This document shows, in pieces, positions 51,401 through 57,282 of a stretch of DNA of 64,000 bases (position 1 is the first letter of the stretch; each line of letters begins with the position of its first letter). A program made the translations under genes and the position numbers. Location: assembly GCF_050920415.1 (NCBI RefSeq), contig NZ_CP169309.1. One strand, 5' to 3'. The notes beneath the pieces are model-generated. The model ran no database searches. It was not told the origin of the DNA and worked only from the letters and a program-made list of their open reading frames with translations. The stretch comes from Escherichia coli (lineage in GTDB: Bacteria; Pseudomonadota; Gammaproteobacteria; Enterobacterales; Enterobacteriaceae).

Positions 51401-54186
51401 GTGACGCTCCAGTTGCCGGAAGAGTCGGTCGTGGTGGTGTAATTTTGCCCGTTCAGCGTCACTGTGATGGCGGTATTGGCAGGCTGATCGCTGGTGCCGG
51501 TAATCTGGAGATCGGCTCCTTTTTCGCTGGCGTTGATCACATCATCGCCCGCGATAGTGTTAATGCCAATCACCGGCGCGGCGGTATCAACCGTGACGGT
51601 CAATGACTGGCTGCCGCTGTTTCCAGCGCGGTCAGTCACTGAAACGTTGATCGGATAACTGCCGTCCACCAGTCCGCTGACAACGGAGGCCGGAACGCCC
51701 AGACTCCAGTTGCCGGAAGCATCCACCACCGTGGTGTAATCCACATTATTCAGCGTCACGGTGACAATATCACCCGCCTGCGCGCCGGTGACCGTGCCGC
51801 TGATAATTTGCGCCTGAGTGTGTTCCGGCGTGTTAATGACGTTATCGGTTGCCACCGGATTAATGGTCACCACGGGCGGCGTGGCATCGACCAGCGCCAC
51901 CCGTGAGACGCTGGTCGGATTACCCGCGACATCGTTCACGCTGGCGGTCACCGTGGCGTTGCCGTCAGCCAGTACGCCAACGTTGGCGGCGGGAACGGTC
52001 ACGCTCCAGGTGCCATCTGACTGCACGACGCCCTGATAGGTCTGCCCATTAAGCGTGACGGTCACCGTCTGCCCCGACTGGGCGTCGGTGATGCCAGTGA
52101 TTTGCAGATCCTGACCACTTTCGGCGGCGTTGATGATGTTATCAGCCGTCAGCGAGTCAATGCTTAAGGCCGGGGCCTGGCTGTCGACGGTAATGGTGCG
52201 GGAGGTGTTGCCGGTATTGCCGCTGAGATCCGTCACTGAAGCGGTAATCGCCACCGCGCCGTCAGGCAGATTTCCCATCGCGGCGGCAGGTACCGTCAGA
52301 CTCCAGGAGCCATCGGCCTGTACGGTAGTGGTAAAACTCTGTCCAGCCAGGGTTACTGTGACAGTTTGTCCTGTCTCGGCCTGTTGAGTGCTACCGGTAA
52401 GGGTCAGTGGCGCACCTTTTTCTGCGCCACTGATAATGTCATCGCCGGAGACGGTGTTAATGGTGATCAACGGAGAAACACCGACCAGCGTGATTGCTCG
52501 AGACGCCGCGCCGGTATTTCCTGCAGCATCTGTCACGGTGACGAAAATCGTATTGGCTCCGCGATCCAGCGTGCGGGTTACCGCCGGGTCCAGTGCCACA
52601 TTCCAGCTGCCATCTGCCAGCACGATGCCCGTCAGGACATGAGTGCCCAATTTCACCGTTACCGTATCGCCTGGAGAAGCACCGCTGACTTGTCCGGAGA
52701 TGATCTGCGCGACGGCCTGCTCGGCATTATTAAGAATATCGTCGCCCGCCACGGTGTTAACGCTGACCACGGGTGCTGAGGTGTCTACCGTGAAATTCGC
52801 GCTGTTGCTGGTGGTGTTCCCTGCCCGATCGCTGACACTGGCATTGACAGCGTAGTTCCCCTCCGCCAGTGCCTGGACCTCCGTGGCAGGCAGCGTCACT
52901 TGCCAGGTTCCGTCGCTACCGACGGTTGCTGAATGGCTTTTCCCGTTAACGTTCAGTGTTACGGTTTGCCCGGCTTCTGCGTTCGAAGTGCCGCTCACTA
53001 CCAGCGCGGCGTTATGTTCTGAGGCGCTGACAATGTTGTCCTGAGCGATGGTGTTGATAGCAAGTGTTGGCGGCTGGGTATCGACCGTTAGCAGCTGCGC
53101 TCCGGTGACCGTATTGCCCGTGGCATCTTTCCCACTGACCAGCACCGCCTGATTCCCTTCGCCTAACGCTTGCGCGTCGGCGGTCGGCACCTGCACGCTC
53201 CACGCGCCGTTAGCGCCTACGCTGGTGGTGTAGGTTTTACCATTTAGCGTGACGGTGAGTTCGGTTCCCTGCGCCAGGTTGCTCGTCGTGCCAGAAAGCG
53301 TAAACCCGGCGGCCTGTTCGCTGGCGTTAATGATGTTATCGCCTGCGGTGGTGGCAACCTGTACGACAGCCTGACTATTGTCGATGGTTAACGTTATCGA
53401 CCCAGCGTTGGTAATGGTGCTGCCGACGATTTGCACCACTGACCAGGTATGTTCGCCCGCGCTTTGTGTGGGTAAATCGACGCTCCAGCGCCCGTTGCTG
53501 TCTACCTGAGTGCTGGCGATAGTATTGCCGTTACTGTCTTTGATCTGAATGGTCGCCCCCGCCTGACCGCTGCCGCTAAAGGTTGGCGTGGTGTCATCGG
53601 TGATATCGTTGGCGGAAAGAATACCGCGTTGATCGCCCTGATTATCGGTTACCAAAAACGATGGCGTGGCATTGCCGGGTTCGGCTGGCGGTGGGTTGTT
53701 AACCACTTCAGTTTTTGAGTCATCATCACCACCGCTTGCCAGTAAAGCGCCAAGCGCGCCACCACCTACCGCGGCACCCGCTAACCATCCCCACGGGAAG
53801 GCACTGGTCTGAGCGACGGTATCAAGATACGGCGCAATGCTTTCAATTGCGGTAGTCTGAGCGGTCAGCTCCACGGGCGCTAATCCACCCGCCGCGGTAT
53901 CGGCAAAGGTGACATGAGTCAGCTGTTGACCATCGGCAAACACCAGTTGAGATTGTTCGCTGGTATTTGCCGCTTGCAGGAAATAACCGTTGCAGCGGAT
54001 CACCGTGCCGTCTTGCATATAGATCAACAGGTCATTTCCGTCACGGACATAACGCACAACGGCAGATGCCTGAGCATGAACCTGCACTACAGAGGGCTCA
54101 TAAATGACAACCGTAACGTCGCCTGGATTAATCAGCGTTTGTTTGACGGATGTTTTTCGCGAAATAACATCAATAATCAGGCTCAT
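33412..54186 (-). CDS. giant T1SS-secreted repeat adhesin (6,924 aa; BapA/SiiE/LapA-like) with Ig-like repeat array, FG-GAP/VCBS-like region, RTX-like repeats and C-terminal secretion signal
   Basis: Single uninterrupted 20.8-kb ORF; dozens of about 100-aa Ig-like repeats (…TINTVAGDDIINAAEHGQALVISGS…GNWSVGVPAADV…); Asp-rich motifs DFDGDGDMDLF, DWDHDGLMDI and DYDWDGAVDV; glycine/aspartate nonapeptides GSSGDNQLEGRGGNDTLNIGNGGHDTL near the C-terminus; flanked by T1SS OMP, ABC and MFP genes. Confidence 0.9.
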   Translation of the reverse strand: MSLIIDVISRKTSVKQTLINPGDVTVVIYEPSVVQVHAQASAVVRYVRDGNDLLIYMQDGTVIRCNGYFLQAANTSEQSQLVFADGQQLTHVTFADTAAGGLAPVELTAQTTAIESIAPYLDTVAQTSAFPWGWLAGAAVGGGALGALLASGGDDDSKTEVVNNPPPAEPGNATPSFLVTDNQGDQRGILSANDITDDTTPTFSGSGQAGATIQIKDSNGNTIASTQVDSNGRWSVDLPTQSAGEHTWSVVQIVGSTITNAGSITLTIDNSQAVVQVATTAGDNIINASEQAAGFTLSGTTSNLAQGTELTVTLNGKTYTTSVGANGAWSVQVPTADAQALGEGNQAVLVSGKDATGNTVTGAQLLTVDTQPPTLAINTIAQDNIVSASEHNAALVVSGTSNAEAGQTVTLNVNGKSHSATVGSDGTWQVTLPATEVQALAEGNYAVNASVSDRAGNTTSNSANFTVDTSAPVVSVNTVAGDDILNNAEQAVAQIISGQVSGASPGDTVTVKLGTHVLTGIVLADGSWNVALDPAVTRTLDRGANTIFVTVTDAAGNTGAASRAITLVGVSPLITINTVSGDDIISGAEKGAPLTLTGSTQQAETGQTVTVTLAGQSFTTTVQADGSWSLTVPAAAMGNLPDGAVAITASVTDLSGNTGNTSRTITVDSQAPALSIDSLTADNIINAAESGQDLQITGITDAQSGQTVTVTLNGQTYQGVVQSDGTWSVTVPAANVGVLADGNATVTASVNDVAGNPTSVSRVALVDATPPVVTINPVATDNVINTPEHTQAQIISGTVTGAQAGDIVTVTLNNVDYTTVVDASGNWSLGVPASVVSGLVDGSYPINVSVTDRAGNSGSQSLTVTVDTAAPVIGINTIAGDDVINASEKGADLQITGTSDQPANTAITVTLNGQNYTTTTDSSGNWSVTVPASAVTALGQANYTVTAAVTSGIGNSATASHNMLVDSALPGVTINPVATDDIINAAEAGVAQTISGQVTGAAVGDAVTVTLGGNTYTATVQAGLSWSVSVPAADIQALGNGDLTVSASVTNQNGNTGSGTRDITIDANLPGLRVDTVAGDDVVNIIEHGQALVVSGSSSGLAEGTPLTVMINNVEYTTAVLADGGWSVGVTAAQVSAWPAGTVTVTVSGESSAGNPISITHPVTVDLTPAAITINTIATDDVINAAEKGADLTLSGTTTNVEPGQTVTVTFGGKNYTASVASDGSWTATVPAADLAALPEGSASAQASVSNINGNSASAVHNYSVDSSAPTIIINTVASDNIVNASEADAGVTVSGTTTAEAGQIVTVTLNSPTVQTYQATVQADGSWSITIPAADLEALTDGSHTLTATVNDKAGNPASTTHNLAVDLTVPVLTINTIAGDDIINAAEHGQALVISGSSTGGEAGDIVSVTLNNKTYTTTLDASGNWSVGVPAADVSALGSGPQTVTATVTDVAGNSDNETHTVTVNLTAPTIGINPIASDDVINATEKGADLQISGTSNQPTGTTITVTLNGQNYSATTDAAGNWSTTVPASAVGALGEASYTVTANVTDSAGNSNSASHNVEVNTALPGVTINPVATDDIINAAESGVAQTISGQVTGAAAGDTVTVTLGGKTYTATVQGNFSWSVDVPAADIQAIGNGDLTVNASVTNGVGNTGSGARDIVIDANLPGLRVDTVAGDDVVNSIEHGQALVITGSSSGLAAGAALTVVINNVTYGATVLADGTWSVGVPAADVGNWPAGTVDITVSGTNTAGTTSTITHPVTVDLAAVAISINTVSGDDVINAAEKGADLTLSGSTSGVEAGQTVTVTFGGKTYIATVAGDGSWTTTLPTADLSALRDGDATVQASVSNINGNTASATHAYSVDATAPTLAINTIATDDILNAAEAGNPLTISGTSTAEAGQTVTVTLNGVAYIGTVQAGGSWSVSVPTTDLSNLTASPYTVSASVSDKAGNPATATHGLAVDLTVPVLTINTVSGDDIINAAEHGQALVISGSSTGGEAGDVITITLNSKTYTTTLDASGNWSVGVPAADVTALGSGPQTITAAITDAAGNSDDASRTVTVNLTAPTIGINTIASDDVINATEKGADLQITGTSNQPAGTTITVTLNGQNYTATTDSSGNWSATVPVSAVSALGEANYTVTANVTDTAGNSNSASHNVLVNSALPAVTINAVATDDIINAAESGNAQTISGQVTGAAQGDTVTVTLGGNTYTATVQANLSWSVSVPAADIQALGNGDLTVNVSVTNDVGNTGSGSRDITIDANLPGLRVDTVAGDDVINSIEHNQALVITGSSTGLTAGTALTVVINNVTYAATVLADGTWNLGVPAADVSNWPAGTVDITVSGTNSAGTTSTITHPVTVDLAAVAITINTLSGDDVINAVEKGETLVVSGSTSGVEAGQTVTVTFGGKNYTTTVETNGSWTVNVPPADLAALPDGAGNVQASVSNIYGNSAQADRAYSVDATAPLVTINTIASDDILNVSEAGAGITISGTTTAQAGQTLTVTLNNNTYQTTVQADGTWSVNVPATDLSGLTASSYTVTATVSDKAGNPASADHALAVDVTAPDLTINTVAGDDIINAIEHGQALVVSGTSTGAAAGDVVTVTLNGKNYTTTLDASGNWSVGIPAADVTALATGSQTITASLSDRAGNSDSTTHDVTVDLSGPTLTINTVSGDDIINNAEKTQDLIISGVSSGLAAGTTVTVMLNGLAYSATTDGSGNWSVTVPASAVGALGEAVYSISASATDSAGNSGSTTHTVNVESLLPGVIINTVAGDDIINAAEIAVNQTLSGQVTGTAVAGNTVIVTIGGNQYIATVQPDLSWSVSVPAADLQALGNGELTISASVTNSANNTGTATHDIVIDANLPGLRVDTVAGDDVINSIEHTQALVVTGSSSGLAAGAALTVVINNVTYGATVLADGTWSVGVPAADVADWPAGTVNIAVSGTNTAGTTTSITHPVTVNLAAVAITINTLSTDDVINAAEKGTDLQLSGTTSGVEAGQTITVIFGGKSYTTTVAADNTWGLTIPAADLATLPDGAANVQASVSNVAGNNAQATHVYSVDATAPSVTINTIASNDILNAAEAGSALTISGTSTAEAGQTVTVTLNGINYSGNVQADGSWSVSVPTGDLANLTASSYTVNASVSDKAGNPASATHNLTVDLAAPVVTINTVAGDDVINATEHAQAQIISGSATGATTGNTVSVTIGSTTYTTVLDANGNWSIGVPASVISALAQGDVTITATVTDSAGNSGTASHTVSVALGAPILAINTIAVDDIINATEKGADLSISGTSNQPAGTQVTVTLNGQNYTTTADASGNWSVTVPASRVSALGEASYTVTASATDTDGNSGSASHNVQVNTALPGVTINVVATDDIINAAEAGADQTINGLVTGAAAGDTVTVTLGGATYTATVQADFSWSVDVPAPALQALGNGELTISASVTNSVGNTGNGTREITIDANLPGLRIDTVTGDDVVNIIEHDQALVITGSSSGLAAGSNVTLTISGQTYVAAVLADGTWSVGVPAVDVSAWPAGAVTITASGSTTAGNPVSVTHPVTVDLSAVAVSINAITADDVINAAEKGAALTLSGSTSGVEAGQTVTVTFGGKTYTASVAANGSWSTTVPAADMAALRDGDASAQASVSNVNGNSATTTHAYSVDATAPTVTINTIAGDDILNAAEAGAALTITGSSTAEAGQTVTVTLNGANYTGTVQTDGSWSISVPPADLSALTASIYTVSAAVSDKAGNPTSVNHNLTVDTSVPVVTINTVAGDDVINATEHAQAQIISGSATGAATGNTVTVTIGTNTFTTVLDASGNWSVGVPASVVSALANGTVTINASVTDAAGNSGSATHQVTVNTGLPTITFNAISSDNVLNADEKGQPLTISGSSTGLATGAQVTVTLNGHNYSATTDAAGNWTLTVPVSDLAALGQANYTVSASATSAAGNTASSQANLLVDSGLPGVTINTVADDDIINAAEAGADQTISGVVTRAAAGDTVTVTLGGNTYTATVQGNLSWSVTVPAADLQALGNGDLTINASVTNANGNTGSGTRDITIDANLPGLRVDTVAGDDIVNSIEHGQALVITGGSSGLNAGTVLTVTINSVAYSATVQADGSWSVGIPAANVSAWPAGPLTVEVAGQSSAGNPVSVSHPFTVDLTAVAISINTVASDDVINAAEKGTNLTLSGSTSGIESGQTVTVTFGGKNYTASVAANGSWSVNVPAADLATLPDGAANVQASVSSASGNSASATHAYSVDASAPTLTINTIASDDILNATEAGSPLTISGTSTAETGQTVTVTLNGATYTGNVQADGSWSVSVPTSALGALTASNYTVSATVNDKAGNPGSASHNLAVDTTAPVLTINTVAGDDIINDAEHAQALVISGTSTGGEAGDVVSVVLNGKTYTTTLDASGNWSVGVPTADVTALGSGAQSITASVSDRAGNSDDASRTVTVNLTAPAISINTIAGDDVINATEKGSDLALSGTSDQPAGTAITVTLNGQNYSATTDASGNWSVTVPASAVSALGEATYSVTASVTNAQGNSSTASHNVQVNTALPGVTINPVATDDIINASEAGSAQTISGQVTGAAAGSTVTVTLGGKTYTATVQPDLSWNVSVPAADWQALGNGELTVNASVTNAVGNTGSSTRDITIDASLPGLRVDTVAGDDVVNIIEHAQAQVITGSSSGFTAGTALTVVINNQTYAATVLANGTWSVGIPAADVSNWPAGTLNITVSGANSAGTQTSITHPLSVDLTTVAISINAITPDDVINAAEKGAALTLSGSTSGVEAGQTVTITFGGKTYTTTVAANGSWSTTVPAADMAALRDGDASAQVRVTNVNGNSATATHEYSIDSAAPTVTINTIASDNIINASEAAAGVTVSGTSTAETGQTLTVTLNGTNYQTTVQADGSWSLTLPASDLTALANNGYTLTATVSDLAGNPGSASKGVTVDTTAPVISFNTVAGDDVINNVEHSQAQIISGTATGAVAGDRLVVTIAGLQYVTSTDASGNWSVGVPASVVSGLADGTVTISATITDSAGNSSTQTHNVQVNTAVVSLSVSTISGDNIINAAEAGSALTLSGTGTNFATGTVVTVLLNGKGYSATIQNNGSWSVNVSAADVAALADGTSYTVSASAQDSAGNSATASRSVAVDLTAPVININTVSTDDRLNAAEQQQPLTLNGSTSAEVGQTVTVTFGGKTYTATVAANGTWALNVPAADLAALGQGAQTITASVNDRAGNPGQTTHALTVDTVAPTVTIATVAGDDIINNAEQLAGQTISGTTTAEVGQTVTVTFNGQTWTATVGSGGSWSVFIPAQQFAGLSDGSYTISATVSDQAGNPGSASRGVTLNGDVPTVTINTFAGDDVVNAAEHGASLVISGTTTAPVGQTLTLTLNGKTYTTTVQTGGSWSYTLGSADVTALADGNAYVINASVSNAIGNIGSSNHTITVDLSAPAMGINIDSLQADTGLSASDFITSVSPVVVNGSLTAALASNETAQISIDGGITWSTLTVTGTTWRYNDSRTLTDGNYLYQVRVIDAAGNVGATDSQNVVIDTTAPDPAVKTIAISAITTDTGLITNDFVTSDTTLAVSGTLGAALSAGEFAQISIDGGTTWQNLAVNGLTWTYLDGRTLTDGNYNYQVRVIDTAGNIGATASQIVTVDTTAPLASKTIVIAGISDDTGLSSSDFVTRDTTLTVRGTLGAALAADERAQISLDGGVTWATLTVIGTSWSYADGRTLTDGTWNYTVRVVDLAGNVGQTATQNVVVDTIIPEAAKSITITGISDDTGASSSDFITSDTTLTVRGVLGAALGANEFAQISTDNGSTWVNVTVAADGLNWTYVDGRTLTNGTTTWQVRVVDLAGNVGATGSQSAQIDTVNPAQVLTIASISTDTGSSATDFITSDTTLTLTGSLGAGLASGEVAQISLDGGATWTTLTTNGTQWTYTDSRTLTDGSYVYQVRVLDLAGNTGPVVSKTVVVDTINPTATPTIVSYTDDVGQRQGTLSSSQATDDTTPLLNGVLSAPLASGEVVYLYRNGLLLGAVTMVGALNWTYSDSGLVSGAYTYSARVVDLAGNITSSSDFILTVDTSIPTTLAQITNQTTRDTTPIISGVITAALASGQYVEVVINGKTYTSQPGGAVVVDPAHNTWYVQLPDTDALAASATAYNVTAQVKSSAGNGNTANVSTGTVTVNAAIDYTPTWTTTSKSTAWGLTYGLDTHGMWTVLANQQIMQSTDPLTWSKTALTLVQSGNNYATSSIADYNRNGTGDLFITRDDYGTGYINGFTNNGDGTFSSAIQVNVGTLTWYGSIVAFDKEGDGYLDFWIGDAGGPDSNTFLWNNAGTLTGNSTTANNGGSATVGGAVTGYLSLNEGSGVDLNNDGRIDLVQHTFNLNNNFTLSSLISQGNGTFVWGQNTVNTFLSSPGSGGNSASVSMTWADFDGDGDMDLFLPASQGRANYGSLLFNTNGVLGSPVAVGATATTYASQFSLAVDWDHDGLMDIARIAQTGQSYLYTNVSNASNWTQSALGGSQSGTTSGVAAMDYDWDGAVDVLVTKQSGSVFLIRNTNTVSYGTSLHLRITDPNGINVYYGNTVKLYNSAGVLVATQIINPQSGMGVNDTSALVNFYGLNAGETYNAVLIKSTGTTASNIDQTVNTTWGGLQATDATHAYDLSAEAGTASNNGKFVGTGYNDTFFATAGTDTYDGSGGWVYSSGTGTWLANGGMDVVDFRLSTVGVTANLSVTTAQATGFNTSTFTNIEGISGSNFNDTLTGSSGDNQLEGRGGNDTLNIGNGGHDTLLYKLLNASDATGGNGSDVVNGFTVGTWEGTADTDRIDIRELLQGSGYTGNGKASYVNGVATLDAQVGNIGDFVKVTQSGSDTIVQIDRDGTGGGFATTNVVTLTGVHTDLATLLANHQLMVV
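38000..52000. repeat. tandem array of about 1.8-kb super-repeats inside the adhesin gene (about 7-8 copies; approximate bounds)
   Basis: Antisense ORF-track artefacts with near-identical sequence recur at 1,794-1,797-bp spacing (39764, 41558, 43355, 46949, 48743); the motif LPGLRVDTVAGDDV recurs 7 times about 600 aa apart in the protein. Confidence 0.7.
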
Positions 54187-54294
54187 AATGGCATTCCTGA
54201 TAAATGGCGCACATCCTTAGCGAGTCCATTTATCTAAATAAGACAAAGGTAATCACTCAACAACGATGCATACCTGATATTAATAATGGCAGGA

Positions 54295-55650
54295 TTATTT
54301 CAAGTCGGGTAAGTCGTTGTATAAGCCCTGCTTAATTCCCGCTAATGGAATAAGGTTATTCACCGCAGCGGCATAATTCACAGCGGCAACCCAGCCATCA
54401 TAATTGACATTTATTTCAGCTGATTGCGCCTGAAAGACATCTTGCTCAACGGTTAAGAGATCGTTCAGGCTGCGTTTACCCAATTTATATTCATTTTGGT
54501 ACACATCTCGCGTTCTGTGCGCACTTTCAGATTGCGCTAACCCAGCCTCTTCACGACCCCGTGCCCCAGTCCAGTTGGCATACGCCACCGACGCCCGTTG
54601 CATAACATCTAATTTCGCCTGCTCAACCTGCGACGCGGATATTTTTTGTTGCCCTTCGGCTTGCTGAACCTGAGCCGAAACCGCGCCGCCCTGATACAAC
54701 GGCGCGTTGACGTTCAACTGTAACTGGTCGTCCCAGTACGAGCGGTCGCTGGTCTGGTAGCGTGTTTTGCCGCCCTGAATACTGAGCGTCGGCCAGTATT
54801 GCGCTTTCGTTTTTTCCACACCGTACTGTGCTGACTGGCGTAAGTTTTCTGCCGCCAGCACCAGTGGGATGGACTGGTAATCAATATTTTTCAGCGATAC
54901 CGGCTGCTCGGCTAATTCAGCAGGTGGCGCGGCTATCGCCTCCGGCTGTACGCCAGTAAGCACCGCCAGTTGCGCTTTGGCGCTCGCCATCTGCGCTTGA
55001 TATTTCTCCAGGGTTGAGCGCATTCCGGCAATACGCGTCTGGGCCTGTAATTCATCCGACGATGAGTTCAGGCCAGCGTTAGCGCGCAGCGCCGCCATGT
55101 TGTAGACGTTTTCCAGCGAGTGGATATTGCGTTGAGCCGCATCGCACAACGCCTGATAACGACTGACCTCCATATAGGCAGTCGCCGTTTTTTCGGCAAC
55201 ATCGGTTAAAGTTGCCATCAATTTAAAGCGGTAGCTGTCACGAGCGGCGGTTTGCAGTTTGATATCGTTATCTGTTTTACCGAAGTCATACACCAGCTGT
55301 GTCAGGGTTATGCCATACGAAACGTTGTTATCAAGCCTGCCGCTGGAGTCCGTTTGCCGTGACGGCCCCGCGTTGCTGGTTAATCCAACGTGTGGATACC
55401 AGGCACTTTTGGCTTCATCAATTTGCGCTTCGCCAATACCTATCTGCGCCGCCTGTTGAGTGACGTCGGGATTTCGCGCAAAGGCGCGTAATATACTTTC
55501 CTGTAAAGATAATCGGGCAACTGGCGTTACCGCTGGGGCGTTCGCCCATTGTGGCAGCGGTGCAGCAATTGTAGCTTCTCCCATCACCATAAAACTTATT
55601 AAAAAAATAAGTCCATTATTTTTACGGTTTTTAAACTGGAATCGCGCCAT
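54295..55650 (-). CDS. TolC-family outer membrane channel of the T1SS
   Basis: 451-aa ORF with signal peptide and two-repeat OEP architecture rich in Q/A coiled-coil segments; first gene of the apparent T1SS operon. Confidence 0.82.
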   Translation of the reverse strand: MARFQFKNRKNNGLIFLISFMVMGEATIAAPLPQWANAPAVTPVARLSLQESILRAFARNPDVTQQAAQIGIGEAQIDEAKSAWYPHVGLTSNAGPSRQTDSSGRLDNNVSYGITLTQLVYDFGKTDNDIKLQTAARDSYRFKLMATLTDVAEKTATAYMEVSRYQALCDAAQRNIHSLENVYNMAALRANAGLNSSSDELQAQTRIAGMRSTLEKYQAQMASAKAQLAVLTGVQPEAIAAPPAELAEQPVSLKNIDYQSIPLVLAAENLRQSAQYGVEKTKAQYWPTLSIQGGKTRYQTSDRSYWDDQLQLNVNAPLYQGGAVSAQVQQAEGQQKISASQVEQAKLDVMQRASVAYANWTGARGREEAGLAQSESAHRTRDVYQNEYKLGKRSLNDLLTVEQDVFQAQSAEINVNYDGWVAAVNYAAAVNNLIPLAGIKQGLYNDLPDLK

Positions 55651-55952
55651 AGATAAGTCACTTCCTTCCAGGTCATTATTTTAACTAGTTTTTACAACCA
55701 GTCTCATTTTATTAAGAAGGGTAATAACTTGTGCACCTCTTTTGTCGAACATTGAGATTGGAAAAGAAATGCAGTTAAAAAGCTTATACGTTATTTATTT
55801 AGAATACACTACGACTTTTAGATTACCATCATACGCATTAAGAATAATCCACAGCAATAAGTGATTAGCATCACAGATTTATCGCGTATATATCATTTTT
55901 TTGTGACTTATTTATTAAAGGAATAAGAAAGGAAATTTGAATTAAAGACAAA

Positions 55953-55978
55953 GGCGCAGTACAGAAAGTACTGCGCCC
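55953..55978 (-). terminator. putative intrinsic terminator downstream of ybaT
   Basis: Perfect 10-bp stem GGCGCAGTAC/GTACTGCGCC with AGAAA loop just past the ybaT stop; T-rich tract follows on the minus strand. Confidence 0.5.
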
Positions 55979-55987
55979 AGAGAGGTT

Positions 55988-57280
55988 TTATACGGCTTTA
56001 TTGCGCTTCATGACCATTGCCACAATAAGGCTGAGTAAGAGCGCGCCAATAATCCATACCAGAGCACGACTGCCCTGGGACCACAGACTGTAGATGAAGC
56101 CAACGATCACCAACAACATAACCAACGTGCCAACGATAAGAATCGGCAACGAGGCATGGATATCATGACGCAGGCGGATCGCCACCACAAACACCGCCAG
56201 GTAGCAGATCAAAAAGGTGGCACTGGCAACGCTGGCGAGTGAGCCTAAATTTAGCGCCGCCGTCATCAACATAATCAACACCACGACGATGATGTTGCCC
56301 CAGGTACTCTGCCGCCACAGAGATTTATTCATTAGCTTCGGCAGTTCGCGTTCGCTTCCCATGTTGTCCATGATGTTAAACACGGCGAACAGGTTCGCGT
56401 TGATGGCTGAAGCCGTCGCCAGTAAAGCACCGATGACAACGATCACATAACCCACATGCCCGAGGAGCGGAGATGCGGCCTGCGCTACGGCGGTATCGGC
56501 ATATTTTTCTAACTCTAATGCCGATACATCGCTAAGCAGTACCAGCGCCAGCGAGATATAAAGCAACGTGGTAACGCCAATCGCCACCAGAAACGCCCGT
56601 GGCATAATGACCGCCGGATCTTTCACTTTATCCGCCGCGTTCGCCATCATGCCAAAGCCCGCATAGGCAAGGAAGGTTATCCCGATACAGGAGAAGAACG
56701 CACCGGAGCTGGGAGGCGCAGAGACGGAAATATGCGCCGGTTGTAGCGACCAGACACCGGCAATAATCAGCAATAACAGGATCATCATTTTAATGCCGAC
56801 GAGGATCACTTCCAGCCGTCCTACCGCATGGTTGCTTAAGGAGTTGAATAGCGTCATCACCGCAATGATCCCCAACGCGTAGAGCAGAATAAGGTGCTCC
56901 TCCTGGCTGCCTTCATGCAAAAACTGCACGGCATAAGCGCCAAAAGCACGGGCGACCATGGCGATGCTTACCGCCAGCGTCAACAGGTACAGTAACGAGA
57001 GCGCCAGCGAAAAGACGCCGTTGCCTAATCCGCGACGAAAGAAGTCGATAATACCGCCATTGCTGGGATAGCTCGCCCCCAGACGCGCATAGGCATAACC
57101 AGAAAACATCGCCACAATACCACCAAAAGCAAAGGCGACCCAGGTCGAGGCTTCCATTAGCAACGCAGCCTGCCCCAGCAGCGCGAAGATCCCCGCCCCC
57201 ACCATTGCCCCAATGCCAATGGAAACGACGTTCCATAGACCGAGGGGTTTGTTACCGTTATTACCTTCCGTGTTCATCAT
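55988..57280 (-). CDS. ybaT: APC-family amino acid transporter
   Basis: 430-aa polytopic membrane protein; position next to glsA. Confidence 0.88.
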   Translation of the reverse strand: MMNTEGNNGNKPLGLWNVVSIGIGAMVGAGIFALLGQAALLMEASTWVAFAFGGIVAMFSGYAYARLGASYPSNGGIIDFFRRGLGNGVFSLALSLLYLLTLAVSIAMVARAFGAYAVQFLHEGSQEEHLILLYALGIIAVMTLFNSLSNHAVGRLEVILVGIKMMILLLLIIAGVWSLQPAHISVSAPPSSGAFFSCIGITFLAYAGFGMMANAADKVKDPAVIMPRAFLVAIGVTTLLYISLALVLLSDVSALELEKYADTAVAQAASPLLGHVGYVIVVIGALLATASAINANLFAVFNIMDNMGSERELPKLMNKSLWRQSTWGNIIVVVLIMLMTAALNLGSLASVASATFLICYLAVFVVAIRLRHDIHASLPILIVGTLVMLLVIVGFIYSLWSQGSRALVWIIGALLLSLIVAMVMKRNKAV

Positions 57281-57282
57281 GA

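Noticed and set aside
38000-52000. Possible CRISPR array suggested by regular tandem repeats
   Set aside because: The repeats are about 300-1,800 bp, lie within a continuous protein-coding frame, and have no short direct repeat/spacer architecture or nearby cas genes.
34354-53203. Dozens of 60-280-aa plus-strand ORFs inside the giant adhesin gene (for example 43355..43651, 45745..46581, 49120..49950)
   Set aside because: Antisense to an uninterrupted 20.8-kb coding frame; they recur with the repeat period and have biased, low-complexity composition, so they are artefacts of GC-rich repetitive coding DNA.
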